Part shown: positions 20,241-31,100 of the stretch, one piece after another
How the letters are laid out: every line of letters begins with the position of its first letter
How positions within the stretch are numbered: position 1 is the first letter of the stretch
Assembly (NCBI RefSeq): GCF_001194135.2
Contig: NC_068995.1
Location: 53,304,046 to 53,352,731, forward strand
Length of the DNA stretch: 48,686 bases
Origin: Octopus bimaculoides
Lineage: Eukaryota
Direction: 5' to 3'
Notes under the pieces: model-generated
Told to the model about the DNA's origin: nothing
Databases searched by the model: none
The model's input: only the letters and a program-made list of their open reading frames with translations
Position numbers and translations under genes: made by a program

Positions 20241-23198
20241 TCATCTTGATTTGAGTGTGAGTGATTATATAATGCAAAATATACAAAGGCTGTATCTGAA
20301 TGTAATATAAAACTATAAAAGCACAAAGGGTGTTTGTGTGTGTGTGTGATTGGAAATTCATAGACGTTTACACTGACTATAAAAATTGTAAGAAAAAACA
20401 AGAAAAAAAAAGAAAGATTTCATAGACTCTTCAACCTGATACATTTGGTGCTGTTGTCACATTCATTATTTCACTGTTCCATGTTCAAATCACACTAAGG
20501 TTGAACTTTCATTTTATTTTCATATGTCTGGAATTAATCAAGTGCCAGCCATTGCTGTTGTTGTTTAGTTCCAGTGATCAAATACATAACAAACATGACC
20601 ATTCAGCAGAGGACTACATTATACGAGTCTTTCCAAAATTTTAAGACTGCTGAATGTAATTTGCTACTATTTTTAGCTGGTAACATAACCATATTGAGGG
20701 TCACTCATTGACCAATACTGGTCATAGGTGTTCAGTTACTATGGAGGGTGAACAATAAGGTCCCAAAACAATTCGATTATTTCATGAATTCACTTATTTA
20801 GTCTGGTACTTGATTACTTCTATCAATTCTCTGTTGTTTGATCTGCTAGAATTAGCAAAGAAATCTCTCAAATTGCATGTACCTTCGTATCTTAAGAAAA
20901 CTCTTGTATCCAAATCATTTCATTAATAGGTTCTAAACAGTGAGAGTACCTCTAGGGATATGTTTACCTTGCTAGAAACAGCAGCCAAATGTGTGGTCCT
21001 AAACAAACAAAAAAAAAGTCACATTGGATAGTGTAGTCCTAGATGATCATAGTTGGACTGTCTTTGCTCATGTTCCTGCTTAACTGGGACTAATCCGAGA
21101 CTAAACAACAACTAGACACTCTGCAAATATTAATCCTGTGTATTTATAGATTATCATCTTAAACCATTTTACATAAATTATTTGGGTTTTTAAAAAAAAA
21201 TTTTTTTCATTTTGATAATTCATTTTTTTTTATTTATTAATTTTTTTTACCATCTTTGAAATATCAATCAAGTTTTTTTGTGCAAATACAAAAATTTTGT
21301 TTTCTCTTTTGATAATAATATGGATTATCATTAACCCTTCATCTCAAACCCCCTTCTACTGTTTTGTTTGTATCTTGTTCTTGTAATGTCTACATCTTGA
21401 ACCCTTGTGGCCTGCAAAAGAAGATTATCATTTTTTTTTTCTTCTTTTCAAGCTGGCAGAATCGTGTGCTTTGTGACAATTTCTTTCGACTTTACATTCT
21501 GTATTTAAATTCTACCAAGGTTGACATTGCCTTTCGTCCTTTTAAGGCCGATAAAATAAGTTCTAATTGAGCGTTGGGATCGATGTAATCAACTGGTCCC
21601 TTCCTCTCAAAAATGTCAGGCCTTGTGCCTATAATTGAAAAGACAAGAAGGCAGCAAACTGGCAGAATCATTAGCAGCATCTCATGTCTTGAAGTTCTGA
21701 GTTCAAATTCCGCCAAGGTCAACTTTTCCTCTCATCCTTTCAGGATCCTAAATTAAGTACCAGTGAAACACTGGGGATCGATGTAATCGACTAGTCCCCT
21801 CCCCACAAAATTTCAAACCTTGTGCCTTTAGTAGTAGGGGTTGTTGTTGTGGTGGTGACTGACGAAATACTGCCTAGCATTTCACCTGGCGTGTTAACGA
21901 TTCTGCCATAATAACTTGTGAAATATTCTGCAGGGCCAATTGAACCTGATCGGTTGTGACGTCTGCAAATTAGTTTTGAATACTTGTTGTGGCTGTATCA
22001 CTTTGGCATGGAAATGTATATCACACAATCCGATTTTTATCTTTTCTTCACAGCAATATGTTCTGATAAAACTGAGAGCTTGTGATCAGCAAAAAAAAAC
22101 AAAAAAAAAAATGGTGGTGGGGAAGAAAAATATAAAATTTATGACATTTGGTTCTATGCCATTTCATTATCCAGAAAAGGAACAAGATTTCAGGTTGTGA
22201 TATGATGCTTTCAAAATAAACTTTATTGAATAAAATTGAAATATTTATAAGTGAAAATTTTTGTCACTTGCCGATTATATTTTGAAAGGATAAAAGAAAG
22301 AAAAAGACCCCCCCCCAAAAAAAAGGAGAATATTATAGTTTTAGTAATATTCAACNNNNNNNNNNNNAAAAAAAAAAAAAAAAAATGAACAAATAATCAT
22401 GTCACATTTCTTGCAGGTTTAAAAGTATGTGCTAATGTAAATAAAATTCATATATATATGCCAAGATTCTGTCCATGTTATAAATGACTAATTTTATGTA
22501 ATAAATATATATATCATGTATATATCATCTACAAAATGTTATTCTTTTTGTCTTTTACTTGTTTCGGTCATTTGACTGCGGCCATGCTGGAACACAGCCT
22601 TTAGTTGAACAAATCGACCCCAGGACTTATTCTTTGTAAGCGTAGTACTTATTCTGTCGGTCGCTTTTGCCGAACTGCTAAGTTACGGGGACGTAAACAC
22701 ACCAGCATTGGTTGTCAAGTGATGGAGNNNNNNNNNNNNNNNNNNNNNNNNNNNNNNNNNNNNNNNNNNNNNNNNNNNNNNNNNNNNNNNNNNNNNNNNN
22801 NNNNNNNNNNNNNNNNNNNNNNNNNNNNNNNNNNNNNNNCTTCTTTGAGTTTCCATCTACCAGATCCACTCACAAGGCTTTGGTCAGATACTTACTCAAG
22901 GTGCTGCACAATAGGATTGAACCGAAAACCGCATTAGGAAACAAACTTCTTAAGCATACAACCATGCCTGTTGTATATCCTTTATTATTAGGAGAGGGTG
23001 TTCATAAATTGTCTTTACGACTTCCACAATTTATTCAGTCAAATTGTAAAGATAATTTATGGACATTCTGTATTATATTTAGGTACAGAAACATGTAAAA
23101 TAAAAAAAAGAACCAATGAAAAACCGAAAGAACCACTCTGACAATGATACACTTCAAAAACCAGGGTTCCCATGGTGGAATTGGCAACATGGGCCCTG

Positions 23199-23204
23199 TT
23201 TATT
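23199..23204 (-). terminator. Candidate polyadenylation signal for NDUFA12
   Basis: AATAAA on the minus strand about 50 nt after the stop codon. Confidence 0.55.
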
Positions 23205-23254
23205 ATTAGTTAATAAGGTCTAAACAAAACACAGAAGGTATAAAAAGGCAGAAA

Positions 23255-23420
23255 TCATTGTGAAGGTTTCCAGCTCTCTATTTTTGGCCTTGTTGTTGAA
23301 TAGGGAACGTATTCCTTACATGTTCCTGAAGGGTTTTCTATGTGTGGTGACATCCAAGGTTTTGAGACGGGAGGGGATACGCTGGGTGGTACATCCCCTA
23401 TGTAGTGTAACCAACGATGC
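23255..23420 (-). CDS. NDUFA12: NDUFA12 exon 4 (terminal)
   Basis: tcttgcag|G; HRWLH...YVPYSTT; stop TGA. Confidence 0.96.
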
Positions 23421-26400
23421 CTGCAAGACAAAGTAATCACAAGTTAAAACAGCAATCAAGACAAATGGTAGAAATTTGTGAGTGGATGAAGGCTGTGCAA
23501 ATACAAATATGTGGATAAGTTTCATCTTAACAATTCCGATGTGCACTCTATATGATCTTTTTACTCTTTCTCTCTCTTATTCTTTTACCTCCTCTTCTCC
23601 CACTATTCTTTCCTATTACTTTGTCACTCTCTCTCCCTCCCTTGCTCACGTGACCATCGGCCATCTTTCTTTCTCTCCATTGTAGCTGGAACAAGGAAGA
23701 CGTGTTCTTGTTTGTCTCCTGTCCACGCTTAATTTACGCGTTCGCTACCACAACCTCATTTAAGCTTAGCAGCCCTTACTGTTTGTTTTCACTGTCCTGT
23801 TTCTGTTACCAATTTTGACCCTCCATAAAATCCCAAATTTTATTTAATTTACTTTGCGGGAGCAACTGTTTTGTGGAAAGCGTATATTGCTGTTAAATGC
23901 TCAAAATATGAGACTAGAAAAACAGCCAACAACTGATGAAGGGTCGTTCTTATTGGATCAATTTGCTAAACTAAAATCCTTCAAGGTGGTGCACTAGCAT
24001 GTCTGCAATTCAATGACTGAAACAAGTAAAAGATAAAAGAAATATATATATACATACCAAGCAGGTGGTATCATGCTCCCATCATAATCAACATTGAATT
24101 TCTTGTTATAAATTACCCAGCGACTGCGTCCTGTCAAAATGGAAAGAAATTAGTTTCAAAAGTAGGAAGATCAAGAGCCGTGTTCTATTACTATGATAAC
24201 AAGCTTGGAAGAGTCAGTTCTTTTCATCCTATATGTACCTGTTGGGCACTGGGGTTACAATGTACCGTACATACTCAACTACAAAACACTCTCGCCTATA
24301 AGATGCACCCAACTTACAAGGTTCAAATCGGCAATTTTATCACTGAACCGACTATAAGTTGCAGCGGCTTTTTTGATGTTGGAGTGCAAAGTTTGATTAG
24401 GAATCACGCCGTTTTGTTTTGTTGAGAGTGTCTTTGAGATTGTTTTCTCAGACACTGAAAGTTATAAAAAAAACAGGAAAATTTTTTTTATTTAAACTTA
24501 CCAAAGAAATACTTCTTGTTTTGAAAATATTTATTACCAAATTCATCTTCTCCAATTAATGTACCAGTTTTCAAATCATCAGTTCTAGAATTAAAAAAGA
24601 ATATAAGATTAACAAGAAAATGCAGACTGTACTTTTTTGTTTTTGCTACAGAGTGTAAAACTAAGCGATGCATGGCTTATCATTAAATAAAAGCAAAGAA
24701 AGAATGGCAGTCACACAGGATTGAACCTACTTTGCCTATTTCCTATTGTAGTCTCCAGACCCTTTGACCATTTCTGAATGTCATTCAACATTATGCCACA
24801 TCACATTGTACAATAGAGTCACAGGCCAGAAGAGTGTATATAAATGGATGTATAAATCAGACTTACGTATATGACTGCTTGCTCAATTGAATTAATTGTT
24901 CCAGATCAGACATAATTGATCTGGATTACTAAACAAATAACCACAGTGGACAATGTAGTGTGAATGCCTCTACATGGTCATTCCCAATGCCTGAAATAGC
25001 AATGAGTTAAATCTACCATCTGCAAAAAAATGGAAAGGACATACTGGACAATGTAGTCTTTGAAATGCAAAAAGATAGAATGGTCATGGCTGGAATGCTT
25101 GTGATCATAAATCTGCTCTATTGGAGCTGGCCCAAGATTAAACAACAGTCACAATGAATTTCTGACATTTCCTCACACTACACCTCTTTTCAATACCTTT
25201 TATCAGTTTTCGGTCATTGGACAGCAGCCATGCAGGGTCGCTACGTTGATGGCGATCAGTTGAACAAATTAATCTCAGTACTTAACTTCTAAAACCTGGT
25301 AGTTGAACAAATTAATCTCAGTACTTAACTTCTAAAACCTGGTAGTTGAACAAATTAATCTCAGTACTTAACTTCTAAAACCTGGTACTTATTCTATCCA
25401 TCTCCACTAAGTTATGGGGGAGCATAAACCAACATCAAGTGTTGAGGATGCTCCAATCTCACATCCTAATTTTGATTTGAAAACTTTGAAAACAAGACAA
25501 ACACAAAAGCAAGGCCTCAGCTCTTCCACATATTTACCAAAATGTTTTGTTGGCGGCTTTGCAACATACAAATCCTGTCGACCGCATATAGACTGCATCT
25601 TACACATGTTAAGCATAGACAACTCTTTCCTCCAGAGTTAAAACTGGTTTATGAAAAATGCAACTGGAATGTTTTCAGGTGTACAGTAAATTTCCAAGAT
25701 TCCAGCTTCAACTTATTTTAGAAAGAAAAAAAAAAAAAACCAATGAAATAGTATTCTCCACCCCAGGAAATATAGCTGGCACCAGCTAACTGTAAGTACA
25801 AGAGGTATATTATATGACGCAGAGTAGCATGGCAGCTTCACTATTACTGGTGACACACACATAAAAAAGCATCCAGTACATACTGAAATGAGACTGGAAG
25901 TGCATCCAGTCATAGACATCAAACCAAAGCAGACACTGGAACAGAATGTAAATCTAGGGCTGATCAGATCCTGTCAAACCACATGGAACACAGTTTTAAA
26001 TCATGACAACAACCACAATCAAAGTGTAAAACTCCATGAATAATATGCTATTTTTCCCACCCAAATCAAGATTTTAATTTGGGGTGTGTAGATTGATTGA
26101 ATTGTATTTAGTCCTGAGTTTTACCCCAATCGCTTATATTCAGAAAAACACAATAATGTAATAGAGTTTTTTAAAAGTTTTTATGATTACTTTCTTATCA
26201 TATATCAATATTTTATATAAAATGGAATATGAAAAAAAACAAAAAACTAATACATTAAATTATTATAGATCATCTAGTTTTACAGCAGTTGTGCAACACG
26301 ACTTATTACAGATGGAACTATGGTTTTTTTAAAGACAATTTAGTTCCAAAACCGAGATTAGTATTATATGTAGATTCTTACAGTATTTAGTACTATCAGA

Positions 26401-27737
26401 AAACCTCACTCATTGACAAATACTGTTACAAATATTAGACTTTTCCTCTTGCAAGTGGCAAACCAAATTATTCTACTTTTAAATCGTTTTATATCCCTTA
26501 ACTGCCAGTACTGGTTTGCTCAGATCCTACTGTTCACTGGAATAAATTAGTTTGATGTGAGAGGTATAACTTTTCGGGGTCGGATCCTGTCTCTTTTCTT
26601 CCGCCAAGGATCCAGTCCCCGAAATGTTAAACATCTCTCCCTCAAAAGAAACGAATTTATTTCACATTCTGAACTCTTTGTCCTGAATAAAACATTTAAG
26701 AAAGAATCCTCAGTCTGACAGAGGCAAAGAACAACAATGACATTAAAATCTAACTCGACATTATTTTCATTGAAGCAGACGACGGCATTCTACAAAGAAA
26801 GAGATCCGTGACCTTCACTGCTGCAATATCCTGACAAAATATACAACAGAGAAGTTGTTTAAATTTACCGTCGACTAAAAAGCAATTGATTATGTGCAAA
26901 CGAAGAAATCGTTTCTGTTGGGTTTTGTTAACCTTCAAAAACCGAAACTGGGGACACAATAAATTTTAGGCGATTATTGTCGTTTAGCTCCAGACCAACT
27001 CAGACCAAGTAGACCTATGAGCAGAGTGTTCCAGTTATGACCATTCCATGTGAGAGGCATCTAAGGCTTTACTATGTATTGTGTCCTATTTTTAAGACGG
27101 TGATCGTTATATGGCGGAGATTTGGCTGTTATTTCTAACAAGCGGATCGACCACGTAAGGCACCGTTTATTCATAGTCCTTGAATTAATCACGCACTTCG
27201 CCCCACCCTCCAGAAAAGTCAGGATTTACAAAACAAAAAGGTGTAATGTCGGTGTTTTGGAATGGAAAGACAATTCCATGAATGTTCTGAAGGTGGTGAT
27301 GGACAACGGAACATTTAGAATATTTACTGCTTGCTGTTTTAAGCTGAAGGTTAAACGAAAACAAACCACAAAAGACAACAGGTTTATATATAAATTCCTT
27401 TACATAACTAACGACATGCTGCGGATAATAATGAGACAAGCGGTAAACTTTAAAAGGGTCTTATAAGATAAAAGACACGTTTAAGTTAACAGCATCGCAA
27501 TGTTTATATAAACACAATGTCAAATTAAATACAAAGAGTTGGGGTTTCGTTTTACATGCATTTCATAATGATATAACAGAATATTTGAAGATTTTCTCGA
27601 TAAATTCTAACAAATAACGAAATGTTTTTGTTTCTATTTGTTTCTCACCGATAAAAAACCATATAGGACTCCTTTAAACCTCCGTTTTCCCGGATAATTC
27701 GCAGAGCGGTGGAGAACTTCTCCAAATACTTGGCCAT
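23255..27737 (-). CDS. NDUFA12: NADH dehydrogenase (ubiquinone) 1 alpha subcomplex subunit 12 (B17.2). complement join(27649-27737,24502-24584,24058-24130,23255-23420); 136 aa
   Basis: Exons total 411 nt and give [65 protein letters not shown]...[16 protein letters not shown]...[18 protein letters not shown], which carries the hallmark NDUFA12 motifs; all introns GT-AG. Confidence 0.97.
24058..24130 (-). CDS. NDUFA12: NDUFA12 exon 3
   Basis: ttttgacag|GA; TG|gtatgt; RWVIY...DGSMIPP. Confidence 0.95.
24502..24584 (-). CDS. NDUFA12: NDUFA12 exon 2
   Basis: taattctag|A; TTG|gtaagt; [14 protein letters not shown]. Confidence 0.96.
25258..25386 (+). repeat. Three perfect copies of a 43-bp unit inside a SINE in NDUFA12 intron 1
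   Basis: AGTTGAACAAATTAATCTCAGTACTTAACTTCTAAAACCTGGT starts at 25258, 25301 and 25344. Confidence 0.95.
27649..27737 (-). CDS. NDUFA12: NDUFA12 exon 1
   Basis: gaagATGG start context; CG|gtgaga donor. Confidence 0.92.
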
Positions 27738-28032
27738 CTTCGATTTCTCCACAGTTCAGTTCAGCAGTAAATAAACCGAGCAAAAGAGAGAAACAAACAA
27801 AAATAGTCACCTTGAAATCTATGTACGATTTTATATATATTTATATATATGTATGTTTGTGTTGTATGCGCTTAAAAATAATTAATAATAACATTAGAAA
27901 ATTTTTAGTGCGATTTATTTTTTAAATAACTGTAAATTATTTTTAAACAACTGTAAATTATTGAAGCGGAAGTTATTGGTTGGAACTGTTCCGCATAAAT
28001 ATTTATTTATTAATCTTTGTTGATCTTTTAAA
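27738..28032. promoter_or_regulatory. Bidirectional promoter and 5' UTR region shared by NDUFA12 (-) and ASZ1 (+)
   Basis: Only 295 bp separate the divergent ATGs. Contains GCGGAAGT (27966-27973), ATTGG (27975-27979) and duplicated YAACTG. Flanks (about 26750-28700) retain many CpGs compared with the rest of the window. Confidence 0.75.
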
Positions 28033-28113
28033 ATGGCTAATGTCTTACCTGCCGGCTTTGAAGACGAATTCTCAGATGATTCCGATGATTATGGGCTCAG
28101 TTATTATCAACAT
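28033..28113 (+). CDS. ASZ1: ASZ1 exon 1 (MANVLPAGFEDEFSDDSDDYGLSYYQH)
   Basis: aaaATGG start context; CAT|gtaata; phase 0. Confidence 0.85.
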
Positions 28114-31100
28114 GTAATATATATCTTTCATTTCTTTCTTTACCATTTGATCTTTAACCCTCAAGTGACGTTAAAACCCGTCCTCATTCAAATCCCATGA
28201 TTTATCTTGTTAAGATTCCTTTTTCTTTATATGTTTATCTTTATCTTCGTACGAAGAAAGAAAAGTCGGTGCCACAACGGTGAGAATTCATCAGCTGCGA
28301 ATAACAACACGACTCCATAAATAGAACAATTCTTTTCGCGCGGAATGTAATTTGCTCCTAAGGAAAAATTTTGTGGCCTTTGTACTTTCACTTTAGCTTG
28401 ATGTCCAGTGATAGAATCTTTACACGACCACTTGAGTTGTTAGAAATAGCAGGCAGTTCACTTTCAAATCATACAGACTGCCTTATATAGTAGTATCATA
28501 GTCGTTATCGAAACGAAAACAGGAGACCCCCGCCGTTTTTCTTCGTTTTCATTTGACGACGTCGTCCTTTTCGACGGATACCTGGTTGTTCCTGCCACCA
28601 CACATAGGCTTGTCTCCAAGCTTAAACCATGCAAGTGTAAGTCTGAGAGATGGTCCTGCATACCCCTATTCAGATAGGATAGTCACTGCTGGAATGTCTT
28701 CGATTAAAGGTCTACTGTCAGGTTTATCCTGCAGCTTAAACAACAGCATGTCGAGATATAAAATTTCTAAAACAATTATATACAAGATCAAAGCACCTAA
28801 CCCCCNNNNNNNNNNNNNNNNNNNNNNNNNNNNNNNNNNNNNNNNATTTTAAATTCATTTGTAATTTATTGAAAGGATTACAGTGGCAAGTTGAAACTGA
28901 AATTTTAAAAGAAGTGATTTTTTTTTTCTCACTAAACCTTTGAATTCTTCATTGAATTTGGCTTGGTAGTCCGCGTGTAAATCACAGCTTGTTCTACACG
29001 TGTAATATTAAAATTCATTTCAATGTTTCGCTCTTATAAAATGTTTAAAAGTTAATTTTGTTAATTAAAAGAACTGCGTGGGTATATGATCAAGAAAGAT
29101 TTTGACCACAAATTCTTGCAGGTAAAAAGCAACCGCATATTGAGGCTCTTGTTGGTTTGATGTGATTTGAGGGCGATTTCACTGCTCTTTCTAACATACA
29201 TAATGCAGTCGAATGTTATCTGTTTAATACATTGCAAGAAGGTTGTTACTAATTTATATATTATCTGGTGTTGTGGTTTTTCGGCTTACCTTAAATTATA
29301 TAAACAACGAACTAGTTGTTTTTGCTTTTTTTTTTCTGAATGATGTTCCTGAGAAATTATGAATTTACTTTATTTAAAGTATTTATTTAAATGATGTGTA
29401 TATCATCGACCATTGTTAATGTCAAGTGATAGATTTCAAACGAAGACACAATTTCAAAACAATTGTTCATTCATAGAATTTGTTCTTTCGAAATCTTTCA
29501 ATTTAATAACACCACGTGTCTGCTCGTTGATGTCTGAAGCACAATAAGATTATATTTAAGCAAGACACTTCTTAGCATTTTTAAAGTATATCTCTTGGAG
29601 ATGACTTATTAAAAAACATGCACATATATATGTATGTGTGGTGAGAATCACATGGTTCTGGGTTCAGTTCCACTGCGTGACACCTTGGATAAGTGTCTTC
29701 TACTATAGACAAAAACAAAAGAAAAGCTGTTGGAAAACCGATTATAGCAGCGACTCTATCAATTCCTAGGGATATCTGAAGAAGGAATTTTTATTCCGAA
29801 CTATCATATCATATACTATATAGTTATTATAGTCCATTGTTGTAATTATAGTGCATTGTTGTGTCATTCAAAACATTTTATTCTTTACAAACAATACACA
29901 ATGCATCAAGCAAACTACAATACTCTCCTATATATATATATGTGTGTGGTGTGTATGTTTGTATGTCTGTCCCCCACCATCGCTTGACAACCGATGTTGG
30001 TGTGTTTACGCCCCCGTAAACTAGCGGTTCGGCGAAAGAGATCGATGGAATAAGTACTGGGCTTACAAAGAATGAGTCGTGGGGTCGATTTGCTCAACTA
30101 AAGGCGGTGCTCCAGCATGGCCGCAGTCAAATGACTGAAACAAGTAAAAGGAATAACCTAAGAAAATGGAAATTAATAAATAAATAAATGATATCTCGGT
30201 TATATATTGTGCCATGTTGACTTGGTGTTCCTCTGTAAAAAAAAAATGGGTGGGGGGGAGATGTCTAAATAGCCAACTGTGCTATTGCAGGTGATTGCTA
30301 GGGTTTGGCACTGGAACACCCTGACGTCCTCTGGTACTTCAGTGGGGTGGGATTCTAATTTCTTTGTTAATGGTGCACTGCTTCCACTCGAAACCCATGT
30401 TGTATACGTGTGTATTTATATATGCATGTTTATGGGTGGTGTGAATATTTGTGTAGTGGTCTATGAAGCTAAATAGTTGAATGATCTCCCTTGCGAGTAG
30501 AATTATAGAGTAACCTCCCTTTACCAAGTTTCTCGAAGCATCTGTGTCATGTGACGTGATTCTTAATAATTCAAGAAGCTTAGCGTTTTTCTTGGAAGTT
30601 TCTAGAATGTCTAGCATTCCATTAATAAAAACAGCTTGCTAACCCAGCTCTTCGCTTCTTAGTTGATTAGACTTAGAGCCGATCACGTCATTGCTATGTC
30701 TGTCCATTTCTCTGTGCCACATGACTGAAAGCCACCACTTAGCTGTTATTTCTGCATTTTCTATCTCTGAACTTTCTTGCATTGATTACTTCATTCAACT
30801 AGATTCTACATTTTGATTCTATATATCATCATTGACCAGTAAATAAGATATTTTTTTATGTAGTAAATATACAGAGCTTGAATTTATTCTTCATCTCTAT
30901 ATAAACTCTTGTAATAACATACATGCAGCCACATCAACACCTGGTACTGACTATATATAACCACTACATATGCATATATTGCAGAGATATGATATACAGA
31001 TATATATTTCTTCATCCTTGTTACTTTTCCCCAGGACAAGAATCTGTCAGAACCAAAATCATTCGAAGAGAACACAAATGAAGCGAATCAAAGAAAACCA

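Noticed and set aside
24263-24320. Pogo/Tc2-like terminal repeat remnant (TACCGTA...TATAAGATGCACCC)
   Set aside because: Too diverged and no matching opposite end found
24700-24780. tRNA-like sequence on the minus strand (AAATGGTCAA...GGTTCAATCC)
   Set aside because: Acceptor and anticodon stems do not pair; at most a decayed SINE head
27122-27466. 114-aa plus-strand ORF in NDUFA12 intron 1
   Set aside because: Starts in a SINE-derived segment, has no recognisable homology and no splice context
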